Shown here: one piece after another, positions 61,322 to 64,000 of the stretch | Layout: each line of letters opens with the position of its first letter | Numbering within the stretch: position 1 is the stretch's first letter | Made by a program: the position numbers and the translations under genes | IMG/VR virus record: IMGVR_UViG_3300036790_000425 | Coordinates: 32,001 to 96,000 of that record | Direction: 5' to 3' (one strand) | Source: a virus | Length of the DNA stretch: 64,000 bases | Notes under the pieces: generated by a model | The model's database searches: none | Told to the model about the DNA's origin: nothing | The model's input: the letters and a program-made list of their open reading frames with translations, nothing else

Positions 61322-62919
61322 TCCACCAGGTACTGGATGACCTGGCCAGCTGAGCCCGCCGCGCCCGCCGAGCCCGTGCCGTGACCGGAGCCCGCCGCGC
61401 CGGGGGCCACCGTGACCGAGCCGCCGCCGGAGATCACGGCCGTGGTGATCAGCACGGCGACACCGCCGCCGCCCCCTCCGCCGCCCCCGACGTTTCCGGT
61501 GATCGGGGTCGCCCCGCTGCCGCCCTGGGCCGAGATGACGCCGTTGTTCAGCAGGGTCCTGGCCAGGATTACCAGCGCTCCGCCGCCTGATCCCCCGCCG
61601 CCTCCGGAGTTGGTCCCGTCACCCGAGCCGGCCCCGCCGCCCGCGCCGCCACCGAGGAGGGCGAGCTGGCCGGCCCACAGCGCCAGGCCGCTCAGGGCGT
61701 TGTAAGGGATCTGCCACGGCGTGTTCGAGGGCGAGCCCGCCACGGTGCCGCCGGCGCCTCCTGCGCCCTTTGCGGGACTCGATCCGCCGTGGCCGCCGGC
61801 GCCGGCGGCCAGCGAGGCCATTGCCGCTGCCGCCGCCCCGGCATTGACAGTCCCGGACGCAGCCGCTCCGGCCAGGTACATCAGCGAGCCGGCGAGGCTG
61901 CCCGGGCTGGACCCGGACCCGTTCGCGCCGGAGTTGGTGATCGTGCCGTTGTTGACCACCGGCCCGTTCACCTGGAGCGGCAGCCCGGCGGTGTCCAGGG
62001 TGACACCGGAGTTGACCGTCAGGCCGGACGGCGGGTTGGCCAGGAAGGCCGCCGTCAGCGTGTAGGTGCTGCCGGCCAGGGTCATGCCCGAGTGCGTGGT
62101 AGTGCCGTCCAGGGTGATGGCCCCGGCCGAGCCGGACCCGAAGATCCCGTAGAACGAGATGGCGTTCGGGGCGTCCAGCGTGCCCGGGACGACGACGGTA
62201 TCCCCGGGCGTGCCCAGCACCACCGTGCCCGGAGTCGGGGCGCTGGCGCCCGCTCCGACAGCCGTGGAGCCGTCCCCGGAGGCGTTGGCCCCGGCACCGA
62301 GCGCGGTCGAGCTGTCGCCGGCCACCGTGGCGCCGTTGCCGATCGCGGTCGAGCCCGTGCCGTTCGCCTGGGTCGCCGCCCCGAGCGCGGTGCCCTGGGC
62401 GCCCGGCGCGGTCGCCCGCTGGCCGAGTGCGACCCCGCTGGCCCCGGCTGCCTGGGCCGCCTGGCCGACGGCCGTGGCGTTGGCGCTGCTCGCTGACGCT
62501 CCCTGGCCGATCGCGGTGGCCGCTGCCGCGCTCGCGGCCGAGGTGTCCCCGAAGGCCGAGGAGGCCGCGCCCGCGGCGGTCGCCGCGTTGCCGAGCGCGG
62601 TCGAGCTAGTCCCGCTGCCCGGGAAGGTCAGCTGTACCGAGGTAGCACCGGAAACCTGCACGTCGATATCGGAGAAGACCTTCGAGGACTCACCGGACGG
62701 CTGCGCCTGGACGTCCACCCGCTGCGGGGCGTCCAGGTAGAAGTCGATGATGCCGTCCGGGGTGATCCACGGATTGGCCAGCAGGCTCGCGCCCTGGTCA
62801 TCGGAGTAGACGGGCATCCCGATCGGGCTGGTCGTGCCGCTCTCGAACACCGTGACAGTGGTACCCGGCAGCAGGTTCCCCTCGTCGTCCTGGACCGGGG
62901 CCCGGTAGTGCGCAAGCAT
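61318..62919 (-). CDS. tail fibre/adhesin-like protein with YadA-head-like 14-aa repeats and Gly-rich C-terminus
   Basis: repeats of S.A.G..A.A.G; GGGGGSGGG motifs; RBS AGGAGG. Confidence 0.75.
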   Translation of the reverse strand: MLAHYRAPVQDDEGNLLPGTTVTVFESGTTSPIGMPVYSDDQGASLLANPWITPDGIIDFYLDAPQRVDVQAQPSGESSKVFSDIDVQVSGATSVQLTFPGSGTSSTALGNAATAAGAASSAFGDTSAASAAAATAIGQGASASSANATAVGQAAQAAGASGVALGQRATAPGAQGTALGAATQANGTGSTAIGNGATVAGDSSTALGAGANASGDGSTAVGAGASAPTPGTVVLGTPGDTVVVPGTLDAPNAISFYGIFGSGSAGAITLDGTTTHSGMTLAGSTYTLTAAFLANPPSGLTVNSGVTLDTAGLPLQVNGPVVNNGTITNSGANGSGSSPGSLAGSLMYLAGAAASGTVNAGAAAAAMASLAAGAGGHGGSSPAKGAGGAGGTVAGSPSNTPWQIPYNALSGLALWAGQLALLGGGAGGGAGSGDGTNSGGGGGSGGGALVILARTLLNNGVISAQGGSGATPITGNVGGGGGGGGGVAVLITTAVISGGGSVTVAPGAAGSGHGTGSAGAAGSAGQVIQYLVD

Positions 62920-62942
62920 GTCGCCTCCTACTGCTTCCCCGG

Positions 62943-64000
62943 CTACAGCGCCACGGCGATCTGCTGATAGACCGCGACCAGCCCGCTCGCGCCGGACCCG
63001 CCGCCGGCCTCGATGGACCTCCAGGTCCCGATCGTGGCCGCGTCAGTGAACTGCGAGCTGGGGAGGGGCGGGGTGGTATCCGCGTGCCACCAGTACATCC
63101 ACGCCTCAACCGGGTAGGGAGAGACCGCGCCGCCGCCTGGCGGGAAGGCCGTGGTCAGGTAGGCCGCGTCCAGCTGAAGCCGGGCGTTGCGGGCCGCGTC
63201 TCCCACCGCGTCGGAAATGCCGTACTCGTAGATCCCCAGCGGCCTGACGGTGCCGACCACCGAGGTGCTGGTCACCACCGAGAGCCACGCTGCCCACTCG
63301 CTGTTATTGGCCAGTCCCCTGCTGGTCCAGTTCGATCCCGAGGGGCCGTCCTGACCCTGGTAGATGTCCACGGAGAAGTAATCGACATACGGGCCGAGCC
63401 CGCGCAGGTAGTTCCCGGCCGCCGTGTCCGCCGACCGCCCGGGGCCGTACTTGTAGGCCTCCGCGCACATGGCGATCTTGACGTTGGACCCGGCATGCGC
63501 ACGAATCAGCGTGCTCTGGCTCTTGAACTCGCTGACGAAGACCGAGCCCGAGCTGTAGTCGTTCTCCGGCTCGTGGTGGTAGATCATGACTACCTGGCGG
63601 CCAGCCGGGATCGAGGCGATGTAGCTGGCCACGTTGGTGTTCTGGGTCTTGTAGGAAACCAGGATGACCACGCCGGAGGGCGTGCCGTCCGGGTCGAACG
63701 TGGCCGGCAGGGCACCCGGGTAGTACATCCGGTGCGTCTGACCCGGGCCGATCGCGCTGTTCGCTGCCGTCCAGCCGCCCTTAGGCACGTCAAACCCGAT
63801 GAGCTGGGCGGCCCGGGCCCCCTGGGTAGCCCCGATCAGCGAGTAGCCGCCCGTGCCCAGGTAGATCAGGTCCGTGACGGCCTTGCGCGCTGCCCGGCGG
63901 GCAGCGAAGAACTGGAGGACATAGCTCAGGAACGCCTGGCCCTGCGCGGCGGTGTACTTCGAGCGGTCCACCCCGAAACCCGCCAGGCCCAGCGGCTTCC
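62943..64000 (-). CDS. glycoside hydrolase (GH26/GH-A-like) domain protein, probably 5' truncated by the window
   Basis: HHEPEND, VDYFSVDIY, GIYEYG; located beside tail-fibre gene. Confidence 0.55.
   Translation of the reverse strand, partial: KPLGLAGFGVDRSKYTAAQGQAFLSYVLQFFAARRAARKAVTDLIYLGTGGYSLIGATQGARAAQLIGFDVPKGGWTAANSAIGPGQTHRMYYPGALPATFDPDGTPSGVVILVSYKTQNTNVASYIASIPAGRQVVMIYHHEPENDYSSGSVFVSEFKSQSTLIRAHAGSNVKIAMCAEAYKYGPGRSADTAAGNYLRGLGPYVDYFSVDIYQGQDGPSGSNWTSRGLANNSEWAAWLSVVTSTSVVGTVRPLGIYEYGISDAVGDAARNARLQLDAAYLTTAFPPGGGAVSPYPVEAWMYWWHADTTPPLPSSQFTDAATIGTWRSIEAGGGSGASGLVAVYQQIAVAL

Overview
This window is part of a large, GC-rich tailed actinobacteriophage genome, with gene content reminiscent of large Bxz1/cluster C-like actinophages. 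No integrase, tRNA, rRNA or CRISPR array was seen. 1-9.4 kb (+): small early-type ORFs, a membrane-anchored HNH nuclease and an M.NaeI-like C5 methyltransferase. 9.5-29.7 kb (-): probable virion/head-associated multidomain proteins, including a 1584-aa polyprotein with about seven ADP-ribosyltransferase-fold domains and an NTase-NUDIX-2H ORF with a nested EndoVII gene, plus UDG and terminase. 29.6-45.6 kb (-): replication and recombination genes (sigma-like HTH, RuvC, PD-(D/E)XK nucleases, RecA, DnaE, SSB, J-like protein, PrimPol-SF3 helicase with a candidate ori, 5'-3' exonuclease). 45.7-55 kb: promoter cassettes, GIY-YIG, ArdC and an unexpected Streptomyces-plasmid-type transfer module (Spd-like membrane proteins, TraB/FtsK, DivIVA-domain protein). 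55-64 kb: tail-like genes, GH25 endolysin, DinG and SNF2-like helicases, tail fibre. Three non-coding signals were found by eye: about 13 copies of a TAGCAAG-N5-CTGTA box, mostly inside sigma70-type promoter spacers and in either orientation; a GAAG-N4-RGGARG/GTG motif in front of seven genes, several late-type; and a promoter-driven structured RNA antisense to the conserved leader and RBS of several early mRNAs. All protein calls come from motif recognition only; no database searches were run.
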